Part shown: in pieces, positions 30,274 to 39,803 of the stretch
Layout: the number at the start of each line of letters is the position of its first letter
How positions within the stretch are numbered: the first letter of the stretch is position 1
From: an uncultured Parachlamydiaceae bacterium
Lineage (GTDB): Bacteria > Chlamydiota > Chlamydiia > Chlamydiales > Parachlamydiaceae
Direction: 5' to 3'
NCBI GenBank assembly: GCA_963752155.1
Contig: CAVVXH010000011.1
Location: 160,001 to 224,000 of the forward strand
Length of the DNA: 64,000 nucleotides
Translations under genes and position numbers: made by a program
The notes under the pieces: model-generated
Database searches by the model: none
Told to the model about the DNA's origin: nothing
The model's input: only the letters and a program-made list of their open reading frames with translations

Positions 30274-31296
30274 ATGCTAAGCAATCCTCACGACCAAATC
30301 GTCATCGAAGCTATTCATCAACTCATCGACTCGTGCAGTGAAAATACCACCGATTTTGCTAAAGATCTTATTACACAAATGATCCAAAACAACCTAAAAC
30401 TGCTCAAAGAAAACCACGATATAGGACAACTCAAGTTGATTGCACGTTCAATGAAAGAAATGCGCTACGCTTATCGCATCTTTAATCAATATAAAGAAAA
30501 ACGATGCATTAGCATTTTTGGCTCAGCTCGCACACCAGAAATTCATCCTGACTACATTGCTGCACAAAATTTTAGCGCCGGAATGGCCGCACTAGGGTGG
30601 ATGTGCATCACCGGAGCAGCAAACGGAATCATGAAAGCCGGTTTAGAAGGCTCTGAAAAAGAATCCTGTTTTGGCTTGTCCATCCGCCTTCCATTTGAAA
30701 TACCAACCAATTCAATGATCGCCGGCGACGCAAAGTTAATCAGTTTTCGTTATTTTTTTACACGCAAACTCATGTTCACAAGCCACTCAGATGCCTTTGC
30801 AGCTTTTCCTGGAGGATTCGGAACACTGGATGAACTTTTTGAAATGCTTACTTTACAACAAACAGGGAGAGCCTCTATAGTACCTATAGTCCTTGTTGAA
30901 GGGAAAGAAGGAAATTACTGGAAACATTGGGAAATGTATCTTGAACAGCAACTTACAAAAAATGGATGGATTTCTCCTGACGACAAAAACTTTTATTACC
31001 TTGCTCAGTCCCCAGAAGACGCTGTCAATCACATCCAAAAATTTTACAATCACTATCATTCAAGCCGTTATGTCAAAGATATTCTCGTCATACGACTCAA
31101 AAAAACATTAAATGATCGGCAGTTAGGCGCGCTCAATCTAAAATATAAATCCCTAGTAGCTTCAGGCGAAATGGCCATGAGCTCTCCGTTTTCCGAAGAA
31201 ACAGACCATCTCACACTTCCACGACTAGTCTTTCATCATACGCATCGAGATTTTGGACTCCTACGCGCCTTAATTAATGACATTAATAATTTTTAG
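30274..31296 (+). CDS. LOG family (Rossmann-fold) protein
   Basis: SIFGSAR, FFTRK and FPGGFGTLDE motifs. Confidence 0.92.
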   Translation: MLSNPHDQIVIEAIHQLIDSCSENTTDFAKDLITQMIQNNLKLLKENHDIGQLKLIARSMKEMRYAYRIFNQYKEKRCISIFGSARTPEIHPDYIAAQNFSAGMAALGWMCITGAANGIMKAGLEGSEKESCFGLSIRLPFEIPTNSMIAGDAKLISFRYFFTRKLMFTSHSDAFAAFPGGFGTLDELFEMLTLQQTGRASIVPIVLVEGKEGNYWKHWEMYLEQQLTKNGWISPDDKNFYYLAQSPEDAVNHIQKFYNHYHSSRYVKDILVIRLKKTLNDRQLGALNLKYKSLVASGEMAMSSPFSEETDHLTLPRLVFHHTHRDFGLLRALINDINNF

Positions 31297-31730
31297 CCTG
31301 TTACTTCATTAGTATTCTTTTTATTTAAATAGGCTTCATAATATTCTTTTACATCATTTTCATGCATGACCCAAGCAGCGCCTTTACGATGAGCTTTTAG
31401 CAAACCGGAACGCGTTGCATAATAAATTTTTTGAGGTGGTACACGTAACATTGCAGCCACTTGATTAACAGAAAAGAAACCTTTTTTATTATCAAATACA
31501 AGTTCTCCATCAAAAGTAGATCTTGTTCGCGAATATTTTTGCTCACGATAATCTTCTAGATCATCCAAATGAATTTCCCATCGAGTCGTATCTTTTCTTG
31601 CTTTTAACTTATTCATCTTAATAGCAACATAAATAGCCTGACGAGTAACATTATTAATACGAGCTGCCTCAGTAATAGAGACTAACTTTTTCTCTTCATT
31701 AGCAACTTCTTTTTCCTGATTCATAGACAT
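31293..31730 (-). CDS. euo: EUO, chlamydial developmental DNA-binding repressor
   Basis: Two excisionase-type HTH repeats (VSITEAA..NNVTRQAIYVAIK; SVNQVA.ML.VP.QKIYYATRSG); KYSR; near gltX; GGAGG SD. Confidence 0.88.
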   Translation of the reverse strand: MSMNQEKEVANEEKKLVSITEAARINNVTRQAIYVAIKMNKLKARKDTTRWEIHLDDLEDYREQKYSRTRSTFDGELVFDNKKGFFSVNQVAAMLRVPPQKIYYATRSGLLKAHRKGAAWVMHENDVKEYYEAYLNKKNTNEVTG

Positions 31731-31771
31731 TTATAACCTCCACAGTTTTAGTCTAAAATGATAGGACCTAC

Positions 31772-31936
31772 TATCGATCTTTTCATATGATTTTACATCA
31801 AAATTTTTGCATCGTTTGACATCTCTTGCAAAGGAAGAAAACACGTCTACACTCATGCATGCCATGTTTTCTTCGTCTGCCAACTATGTCAAAATCTGCT
31901 AGAATTTTGATATGAAGTCAAGTGAAAAGATTGATA
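31772..31936. other. 165-nt imperfect hairpin in the euo upstream region (candidate structured leader or ncRNA)
   Basis: 31772-31843 pairs with 31865-31936 without gaps; about 21-nt loop. Confidence 0.7.
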
Positions 31937-32056
31937 AGCCCCGATTAAAAGCCTAACCTCACCGAGATTTAATTTTAGCTGTGAACTAAAATTAGCTATC
32001 CTGCCAGCGGCAAGTGTTGTCAATTAAAGTGATCTTTATATCAACTTCAAGTTCCC

Positions 32057-32086
32057 ATTATAGCATAAAAAAAGAATTACATACAA
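32057..32086 (-). promoter_or_regulatory. Candidate sigma66/sigma70 promoter for euo
   Basis: Minus strand reads TTGTAT-18 nt-TATAAT with a TGn extended -10. Confidence 0.55.
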
Positions 32087-32251
32087 GAGGTTCTTTTAAT
32101 TTTTTTTCACTTTTTTTCATTTTCTTTAATTCTGTCTCGGATAAGCAAAAAAAAAAGCTAGAAAGGAAATCAAAGTTCATGTTATAGGTATACCAGTCGG
32201 TCTGGATCTATGGCCGCGACTGGTATAATCCCCTTAGAGGAGATAGATGTT

Positions 32252-33106
32252 ATGTCAGAGCAGCTTTCAAAAATACCGGTTTTCATACTTTGCGGAGGTC
32301 TAGGAACTCGCATCAAAGAAGAAACTGAATTTAGACCAAAACCAATGGTTCCGATTGGTCATTACCCCATCTTGTGGCATGTGATGCATATTTACCGACG
32401 GCATGGGTTTCGACGTTTCATTCTCTGTACCGGATTCAAATCAGAAGTCATAAAATCCTATTTTTTAAATTACGCTTCGATGAACAGTGACTTTACTGTA
32501 GACCTTAAGTCCAATCACCTAGAAGTTCATTCCATTGACCATAATGAAGATTGGGAAGTCACCGTAGCCTATACCGGTGAGCACACCATGACTGGCGGTC
32601 GCATTGCTATAGCCGCTCAAAAATACCTAGGAGATGCCCCCCATGCTGCAATTACATACGGTGATGGGCTTGCGAATGTCGATCTTAAAAAAGAATTCGC
32701 TTTTCACTTAGAGCATGGTAGGATAGGCACGGTCTTAGGAGTCAATCCCCCTTCTCGTTTTGGAGAACTCAATCTTGAAGGAAATCGTGTCGTCGATTTT
32801 GCTGAAAAACCTGAGTTCAAAAACAATTGGGTAAATGGGGGGTTTTTCTTTTTCAAACGGGAGTTTTTTTCTCGCTATTTACCGATAAATGCTGAACAAT
32901 TAGTTTTAGAAAAAGCTCCTCTAGTAGCACTTGCTAAAGACAATGAACTTGAAATGTTCAAACATTCCGGCTTCTGGGCTTGTATGGATACACAAAGAGA
33001 TCGCGACACTTTAACCGAATTATGGAATAGCGGCAAAGCTCCTTGGGCGCCCAATTTCACCACTTCAGCTGTAGAAATCTCCTTACCCCATTCGGTTTTG
33101 CAATGA
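32252..33106 (+). CDS. rfbF: Glucose-1-phosphate cytidylyltransferase
   Basis: LCGGLGTRIKEET.FRPKPMV, MTGGRI, TYGDG and WACMDT.RD motifs. Confidence 0.92.
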   Translation: MSEQLSKIPVFILCGGLGTRIKEETEFRPKPMVPIGHYPILWHVMHIYRRHGFRRFILCTGFKSEVIKSYFLNYASMNSDFTVDLKSNHLEVHSIDHNEDWEVTVAYTGEHTMTGGRIAIAAQKYLGDAPHAAITYGDGLANVDLKKEFAFHLEHGRIGTVLGVNPPSRFGELNLEGNRVVDFAEKPEFKNNWVNGGFFFFKREFFSRYLPINAEQLVLEKAPLVALAKDNELEMFKHSGFWACMDTQRDRDTLTELWNSGKAPWAPNFTTSAVEISLPHSVLQ

Positions 33107-34167
33107 TGAATCTTGGAAGACACTACCACAACAAGACTGTTTTTATCACCGGCCACACAGGGTTTAAGGGCACATGGCTAGCCATGATGCTTTCTCAACT
33201 CGGGGCCAAGGTCATTGGGTATGCATTGCCTCCTGCTACAGATCCCAATCTTTTTGAATTGAGTGGATTGGCTGAGGAGGTCGTTCATCTTGAAGGCGAC
33301 ATCCGCGACTATCCAAACCTTAAAAAAGCCATTTCTACCTATCAACCAGAGATTGTTTTCCATCTAGCAGCTCAAGCGATTGTTCTGGACAGCTATACAA
33401 ATCCCAAAGAAACGTTTGATGTCAATGCCGGCGGTACCGTAAATGTCCTTGAAGCTTTACGAGGTTCAACCACGCAAGCTTGCATCATCGTCACAACCGA
33501 TAAGTGTTATGAAAACAATCATTGGCCTTGGGGATACCGAGAAAATGACTCGCTAGGAGGGAAAGATCCTTACAGCGCTAGTAAAAGCATGGCAGAGCTT
33601 GCCACAATGGCCTACAGAAGTTCGTTTTTTACCTCTAAGGGTGCACCTCTCGTGGCCTCTGTACGTGCAGGTAACATTATCGGGGGCGGAGATTTTTCTC
33701 CTTTTCGCATCATACCCGATTGCATCAATGCTCTAGTCAATGAACAACTCATCGAAGTGCGCAATCCACACAGTGCAAGGCCTTGGCTTTATGTGCTGGA
33801 CGCCTTAACAGGCTATCTTGAGCTTGGTAATGCGCTTCTTCAAGGCGATAGCGCAAAAGCTGAAAGCTGGAATTTTGGGCCTTATGAAAATCGAGCTGTC
33901 ACAGTACAGGAACTCGTTGAAGAAACGATAGCTCTTTGGGGCACAGGAAACTGGAAAGATGTTTCTCAGGCTACTCAACATAAAGAAATGCCGCTTTTAC
34001 GCTTAAATTGGGACAAAGCAGCGAATTTACTAGGATGGTCTCCTCACTTTACTTGGCGACAAGCATTAGGCGAAACGATCGAATGGTATCGAGCTCATCA
34101 ACAAGGCAAAGAGATCCGCGCTCTTTGCAATCAATACATTGAAAATCACCCGAGAATAGTCGCATGA
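33103..34167 (+). CDS. rfbG: CDP-glucose 4,6-dehydratase
   Basis: TGHTGFKG.W, HLAAQ, TDKCY, DPYSASK and RAGNIIGGGD motifs. Confidence 0.93.
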   Translation: MMNLGRHYHNKTVFITGHTGFKGTWLAMMLSQLGAKVIGYALPPATDPNLFELSGLAEEVVHLEGDIRDYPNLKKAISTYQPEIVFHLAAQAIVLDSYTNPKETFDVNAGGTVNVLEALRGSTTQACIIVTTDKCYENNHWPWGYRENDSLGGKDPYSASKSMAELATMAYRSSFFTSKGAPLVASVRAGNIIGGGDFSPFRIIPDCINALVNEQLIEVRNPHSARPWLYVLDALTGYLELGNALLQGDSAKAESWNFGPYENRAVTVQELVEETIALWGTGNWKDVSQATQHKEMPLLRLNWDKAANLLGWSPHFTWRQALGETIEWYRAHQQGKEIRALCNQYIENHPRIVA

Positions 34168-34706
34168 AATTTACTCCATTACTCCTTGAAGGTGCTTATT
34201 TAATTGATGTGGAAGAATTAAAAGATGAACGGGGATTTTTTGCTCGTGTTTTCTGCCAAAAAGACTTTTCCGCTCATGGTTTAGAATCAACGTTCGTACA
34301 AGCTAACAATTCTTTAAGTCGACACAAAGGGACTTTACGGGGATTGCACTATCAACTTCCACCAATGCAAGAAACAAAGCTAGTGCGGTGCATTCAAGGC
34401 TCTTGCTATGACGTGATCCTAGACCTGCGAAAAGAATCTAAAACGTTTGGCAAGTCTTTCGGAGCATTGCTATCTTCTGAAAATCGCACCATGATGTATG
34501 TTCCTAAAGGTTTTGCGCACGGTTTTTTAACCCTCACGGACAACACTGAACTTATCTATTTTGTTTCTGAACATTATTCTCCCCCATTGGAAAGGGGAAT
34601 TCGCTGGAATGACCCTTTTTTTGGGATTCAATGGCCTGAAGAACCGATCCTCCTTTCAGAACGAGATCGGGTGCACCCCGATTATTCACTCAAGATGGAG
34701 TCATGA
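34164..34706 (+). CDS. rfbC: RmlC/RfbC-like NDP-4-keto-6-deoxyhexose epimerase
   Basis: DERGFF, GTLRGLHYQ and VPKGFAHGF motifs. Confidence 0.9.
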   Translation: MKFTPLLLEGAYLIDVEELKDERGFFARVFCQKDFSAHGLESTFVQANNSLSRHKGTLRGLHYQLPPMQETKLVRCIQGSCYDVILDLRKESKTFGKSFGALLSSENRTMMYVPKGFAHGFLTLTDNTELIYFVSEHYSPPLERGIRWNDPFFGIQWPEEPILLSERDRVHPDYSLKMES

Positions 34707-34709
34707 CAC

Positions 34710-35645
34710 ATGAAAATTTTATTCACAGGTCCAAGCTCCTTTTCAGGGATGTGGTTTATCGAAGAACTCGCCAGACGGGGCCATACCGTCATTGCCATGT
34801 ACAACACAAAACATGAAGAATATCAAGGAGTTCGTCTTTCGCGTGTAGAGCATGCAAAATCTAGCTGTAATCAAATTTTCAGTTGTTATTTCGGCTCTCA
34901 GACTTGCCTCGATGCCATTGAAATGTTTGGACCTATCGACCTTTTTTGCCACCACACAGCAGATGTATCTGCTTACAAAAGCCCCGACTTTGACTATGTC
35001 TATGCATTAAGAGCCAACACTTTGAACATCAAAAAAGTTTTGGAAAAATTGAAAGAACACAAATGTAATAAATTTCTTTACACAGGTTCTGTTTTTGAAC
35101 CACAAGAGGGTTTAAGTAGCGATCAGCCTCGAGCTGTTTCCCCCTATGGGTTATCTAAAGGTCTGACAAGCGAGGTCTTGAAATATTATACACTCTTTTA
35201 TGGGTTAAAATTGGGAAAATTTGTCGTTCCCAATCCCTTTGGGCCTTATGAGGAGGGAAGATTTACTTCATATCTTGCCAAGACTTGGTTGCAAAAAGGT
35301 AAACCTACGATCGACTTTCCCCTCTATGTTCGTGACAATATCCCTATCTCCTTGCTAGCAAAATCTTACGCTGATTTCGCGGAATCATTAACAGAACAAC
35401 CCGGCTTTTCTAAACTTAATCCCAGCTACTGCCCAGAAACCCAAGTTTCATTTGTAGCGCGTTTTTCTAGAGAAATGGGGAGTCGTTGGAATCTTCCTTG
35501 TGACTATGAAGTGAAAAATCAACTCACCTTTCCGGAACCTCGAGTGCGCATTAATTCCGATTTGATAGATCCTACCATTTATAATTGGAATGAAACTTTA
35601 GCTTGGGATGAATTAGCTAGTTTCTATCGGAATACAAACCCTTAA
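34710..35645 (+). CDS. NAD-dependent epimerase/reductase (extended SDR)
   Basis: N-terminal TG.SSF.G and YGLSK catalytic motif. Confidence 0.8.
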   Translation: MKILFTGPSSFSGMWFIEELARRGHTVIAMYNTKHEEYQGVRLSRVEHAKSSCNQIFSCYFGSQTCLDAIEMFGPIDLFCHHTADVSAYKSPDFDYVYALRANTLNIKKVLEKLKEHKCNKFLYTGSVFEPQEGLSSDQPRAVSPYGLSKGLTSEVLKYYTLFYGLKLGKFVVPNPFGPYEEGRFTSYLAKTWLQKGKPTIDFPLYVRDNIPISLLAKSYADFAESLTEQPGFSKLNPSYCPETQVSFVARFSREMGSRWNLPCDYEVKNQLTFPEPRVRINSDLIDPTIYNWNETLAWDELASFYRNTNP

Positions 35646-35660
35646 TTAATAGGTGCGGCG

Positions 35661-36581
35661 ATGATAAATACTTCTCAAGAACTAACAATTGGCGTTGCCG
35701 TCATCACCCATGCAGCTCGTTACCATCTCCCTCGTTGCTTGCCACCCTTCTTAAACTCCCCTCTTAAACCTCGTGTACTGGTGATTAACTCATCCTCACA
35801 TGATGGTACCGTCGAAACTGCAGAAGACCTGGGGGCTGAAACAGTGGTGATTCCTCGCCAAGCATTTAATCATGGGAGCACCCGAGAATTCGCAAGAAAG
35901 CATCTTGGGACAGATATCGTTGTTATGGTCACTCCAGATGCGTATGCAGCTCACGATGATTTACTTGAAAAGCTTATCGCTCCTATTAAAGAAGGGAAGT
36001 GCTCTGTTGCGTATGCTAGGCAAATTCCGCATACCGGGGCAGATTTCTTTGAATCCTTTTCACGCGACTTTAATTATCCTAAAGAAAGTCATATTAGAAG
36101 TTTAAATGACGCCGACAAGTACGGAGTCTACACTTTTTTCTGCTCAAATTCTTGTGCCGCTTATTTAAACTGGGCATTGGATGAAATCGGGGGCTTTGAA
36201 TCTGTGCTATTGGGTGAGGACACTGTTGCCGTAGCGCGCTTACTTCATCGTGGGCATAGTATTGCGTATGTTGCGGAAGCTAAAATCCATCATTCACACC
36301 GCTATTCACTTATTCAGGAATTTAAGCGTAGTTTCGATATTGGACTTGCGCGTAAAGAATACCGCCATCTCATAGCCCTAGGGGGCAAAGATAGCAATCG
36401 AGGGCTTGCTTATACAAAAGAACTTTGCTCCCACTTATGGGAAAATAACCGAGCTCTTCTCCCCTATGCTGCGCTACAAACAACCTTCAAATGGCTTGGC
36501 TACCAGTGCGGAAAATATTGTGTCAAGGCTCCTCTTTGGATAAAAAGGACCTTGAGCAGCCAAGATTTTTACTGGGCTTAA
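35661..36581 (+). CDS. GT2 glycosyltransferase (rhamnosyltransferase-like)
   Basis: SSSHDGT, FNHGSTR, YARQIP, SNSCAAY, GED and HHSH motifs. Confidence 0.88.
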   Translation: MINTSQELTIGVAVITHAARYHLPRCLPPFLNSPLKPRVLVINSSSHDGTVETAEDLGAETVVIPRQAFNHGSTREFARKHLGTDIVVMVTPDAYAAHDDLLEKLIAPIKEGKCSVAYARQIPHTGADFFESFSRDFNYPKESHIRSLNDADKYGVYTFFCSNSCAAYLNWALDEIGGFESVLLGEDTVAVARLLHRGHSIAYVAEAKIHHSHRYSLIQEFKRSFDIGLARKEYRHLIALGGKDSNRGLAYTKELCSHLWENNRALLPYAALQTTFKWLGYQCGKYCVKAPLWIKRTLSSQDFYWA

Positions 36582-37405
36582 GAACTCTGAGCAGATTGGG
36601 CAAGTTCTTGTTTTGCAGTCCCTAAAAGGATGTCTATGGATTCTTTCACGAGCTGTTCCTTATAATTCGCATATACAGGCAACATCACAGCTAGGTAAAA
36701 AGTAATTCCACCCCCAATAATATCGTCGCGATCACTAAAAACACCCAAAGCGACTGAAGTAGCTACAGAAAGAGATCCGAAGACTATAGTTGCAATAAAA
36801 TTTGTCAAGACAGCACTTGAGGGGTTCCATTGACCCTGTTTAGCACAGTTATCAATTGAATTGGTAACGGTAGACATTACATAGGTGTTAATAGCTCCCA
36901 TCACAGTGGCTGTCACAACTGGTCTTTTGTTCCAAGCAGCTATTATTCCCATGGATAAGGCATTGTATGCTGACTTTCCAACTAAAGGCCTCTTTAAAAT
37001 GGGGGAGAAGAGCTCTTTAAAAGGACTAAGTTCAAATAGAGGCATTAGAGCGGATGTTCCAAAACTAAATCCTATCAAAACGATTGGTAAAGGCCCACTG
37101 ATAACACCCAAAGCAACCGAAGCAGCAATAAAAGTAGCTCCATAGGCTCCGGTTGTCATCGCTGTAATAATAGCAACATTAACGGGTTTCCATTGATATT
37201 TTTTAGCATAATGATCAATTAACATCTGAAAGATAGGCATTGCACAGGCGTTGACAGCAGACACTACGCCGGATGCGATGACAGGCCTTTTGGCAATAAC
37301 ACCGATCACTCCCCCCATACAGCCACCACATACAGCACTTTGAGCTAAAGACCTCCACTTACTTGGTGTATTTTCAGTATTTTCAGTTTTTTCTAGAAAA
37401 GACAT
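36578..37405 (-). CDS. Hydrophobic membrane protein with internal two-fold repeat
   Basis: KRPVIASGVVSAVN...AKKYQWKP repeated as KRPVVTATVMGAIN...AKQGQWNP. Confidence 0.7.
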   Translation of the reverse strand: MSFLEKTENTENTPSKWRSLAQSAVCGGCMGGVIGVIAKRPVIASGVVSAVNACAMPIFQMLIDHYAKKYQWKPVNVAIITAMTTGAYGATFIAASVALGVISGPLPIVLIGFSFGTSALMPLFELSPFKELFSPILKRPLVGKSAYNALSMGIIAAWNKRPVVTATVMGAINTYVMSTVTNSIDNCAKQGQWNPSSAVLTNFIATIVFGSLSVATSVALGVFSDRDDIIGGGITFYLAVMLPVYANYKEQLVKESIDILLGTAKQELAQSAQSS

Positions 37406-37503
37406 AAATTTTTCCTCAATATATTTAAAAAGCCATATTTGGCAATTTCGTTATTAAAACAAATTAACTATGCCATAAATAAAAAGATATTGCAAGTAAA
37501 AAT

Positions 37504-37642
37504 AAAGGACAACAAGGACGGCAAGGACAACAAAGATGTAAAACACATAATGTATAATTTTGAAAAAATTTATTGAAAAAATTATTTTTTACTTGCCATT
37601 TGTTGTCCTTGCTTGTAGTCCTTGTTGTCCTTGTCGTCCTTG
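37504..37642. repeat. Family E inverted 9-mer element with AT-rich spacer
   Basis: aaggacaacaaggacggcaaggacaac ... gttgtccttg..gtccttgttgtccttgtcgtccttg. Confidence 0.85.
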
Positions 37643-37746
37643 CTTACCACAAAAATTTACGCAACCCTGCAACTCTCTCTTGACTGATGATCTATTTCAC
37701 GGTAAAGTGTGAAATTCTATTTACTATCCAATTCGAGGGGTTAACA

Positions 37747-38688
37747 GTGAAAAAAATATTGAGTTCTTTTATCTGCTTATGTGCTTTCAGTCTTAATCAG
37801 GGGGCAATTTTTGCTGACGATGATATCGATATCTCCACTCAAGATTTCGGTGCTGAAAAAATGGAAAGCGCTGCTGAAGAAAAAGGGTCCCCTGTTAGAA
37901 TCTCTACACATGGTGATTGGATCCAACGCAGTAAAATCAACAGAAGACATCACCACAACGAACATGTGAAGTTTTTCACAGCCACAGTCCAAGCTGAAGG
38001 GGTTGTTTACTATAACCCTTGCCATTCAGAGGGGATTGGACTTGGTGTAGGGTATATTCGCTCTTATTTCGAATGGAAGCAAAATCCACGCTTCAAAACT
38101 AGAAATTTAGACCAAGTCGCCTTTACCATTTCAGGATTTTCAGAACGTTTAAAAGATTGGAATTGGCACGGACAACTCACAGCCAACTGGGAACCCAGAT
38201 ATCACGAATTATGGCGCTATACAAACTATGACATCATTTTATGGGGACGCTATGCCTACCAAGAACACGTTAATCTCCACTTTGGATTCATCGCTCTAAC
38301 AGGGATGAAAATCGATCACATCTACCCAATTATAGGTTTTGATTGGTCATTTGCTAATCGATGGAAGTTAAACTTAATCTTCCCTTTAAATATCTCCCTT
38401 ATCTATGGAATCTCCCCTTCTCTATCAGCCTCTTTAGCAGCTCGCGTCTGGGATATTCGCTATCGTTTCGGTAAGGATCAGCCTAAAGCCAGATCTTTGT
38501 TGGAATATCGCAATCAAGGGGTAGAGTTGGGAATCAATTATTCCAAAGGGCGTATTGCAGCAAATATTCATGCAGGTATAACTCTTGGAGGACAATTTAG
38601 AACTTTTAATAGCGATTCTAAAAGCAAACATCATTTTAATATGAATTCTGCCGCTTACGCTGGTGGAGAAGCAGTTTTTAAATTTTAA
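37747..38688 (+). CDS. Putative outer-membrane beta-barrel protein
   Basis: GTG start after GAGGGG; signal peptide; alternating aromatic strands; terminal Phe. Confidence 0.7.
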   Translation: MKKILSSFICLCAFSLNQGAIFADDDIDISTQDFGAEKMESAAEEKGSPVRISTHGDWIQRSKINRRHHHNEHVKFFTATVQAEGVVYYNPCHSEGIGLGVGYIRSYFEWKQNPRFKTRNLDQVAFTISGFSERLKDWNWHGQLTANWEPRYHELWRYTNYDIILWGRYAYQEHVNLHFGFIALTGMKIDHIYPIIGFDWSFANRWKLNLIFPLNISLIYGISPSLSASLAARVWDIRYRFGKDQPKARSLLEYRNQGVELGINYSKGRIAANIHAGITLGGQFRTFNSDSKSKHHFNMNSAAYAGGEAVFKF

Positions 38689-39680
38689 TGAATACCAACG
38701 ATTTAAATAACCTTCTTATTTTAATCAAAGAGGCAAGCGTTAAGTTCGATGCGGCTCGTCGCGAATTGAGTAAAGTCATCGTAGGGCAGCAAGAAATGGT
38801 TGAAAGCTTGCTTCTGGCGCTCCTTGCCGATGGTCACCTTCTTCTCGAAGGACTTCCTGGCTTGGCAAAAACCCTTGCTGTGACGACATTAGCCAAAGTC
38901 TTACAATGTGATTTTAAACGTGTGCAGTTTACTCCCGATTTGCTCCCTGGAGACCTCATTGGCACAACAATTTACAATCCCAAGGAAGGGACCTTTAGTA
39001 TCAATAAAGGACCTGTTTTTACCGACATTCTCCTTGCAGATGAAATCAATCGAGCTCCAGCCAAAGTTCAGTCTGCCCTTCTTGAAGTGATGCAAGAAAG
39101 ACAAGTCTCCATTGCTGGGGAGACATTTAAGACCGGAAGCCCCTATTTTGTACTAGCAACACAAAATCCAATCGAACAAGAAGGCACGTACGTTCTACCA
39201 GAAGCGCAAACCGATCGTTTCATGTTCAAAGTTAAAGTCGACTACCCAAAATTTGAAGAAGAAAAAGAAATCTTGCAACGGATGGGGACCTTAGAAAAAC
39301 TTCCCCAAGCCACACCTGTTTTAAGTGGACCTGAAATTCTTGAGACACGCAAAATTGTCGATCAGATCTATACAGATGATAAAATCATCGATTACATCTT
39401 AAAAATTGTGTTTGCCACGCGTAATCCTAAAGATTACGGAGTCGACATCGATGGGCTTTTAATGTATGGAGCTTCTCCTCGTGCCTCTCTTGCATTAAAA
39501 TTTGCTGGCAAAGCTCACGCATTCTTAGCCGGACGAGCTTACGTTACACCTTATGATATTAAAGATATTGCTCATCGCATTTTGCGTCATCGTATCCGAG
39601 GATCTTATGAGGCAGAAGCCCAAGGGTTGTCATCGGATGAGATCATTGATCGAATCTTAGCAACCATTCCTACGCCATAA
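38688..39680 (+). CDS. MoxR family AAA+ ATPase
   Basis: GLPGLAKT, QFTPDLLP.D, DEINRAPAKVQSALLE, ATQNPIEQEGTY and GASPRA motifs. Confidence 0.95.
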   Translation: MNTNDLNNLLILIKEASVKFDAARRELSKVIVGQQEMVESLLLALLADGHLLLEGLPGLAKTLAVTTLAKVLQCDFKRVQFTPDLLPGDLIGTTIYNPKEGTFSINKGPVFTDILLADEINRAPAKVQSALLEVMQERQVSIAGETFKTGSPYFVLATQNPIEQEGTYVLPEAQTDRFMFKVKVDYPKFEEEKEILQRMGTLEKLPQATPVLSGPEILETRKIVDQIYTDDKIIDYILKIVFATRNPKDYGVDIDGLLMYGASPRASLALKFAGKAHAFLAGRAYVTPYDIKDIAHRILRHRIRGSYEAEAQGLSSDEIIDRILATIPTP

Positions 39681-39803
39681 GCTTAAATTTCTAAGTTGCT
39701 AATATATTTTTTTTTAATTATAGAATTAAATAAGGGGCAAAAATGCCCATATTCTGAAGAAATTACAGAAAATCCATAAAAATTAGCTATTAAGGAGGGC
39801 ACT

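Noticed and set aside
31772..31936. 6S RNA call for the long hairpin
   Set aside because: The size is similar, but no large central bubble is evident; it cannot be assigned without a covariance-model search.
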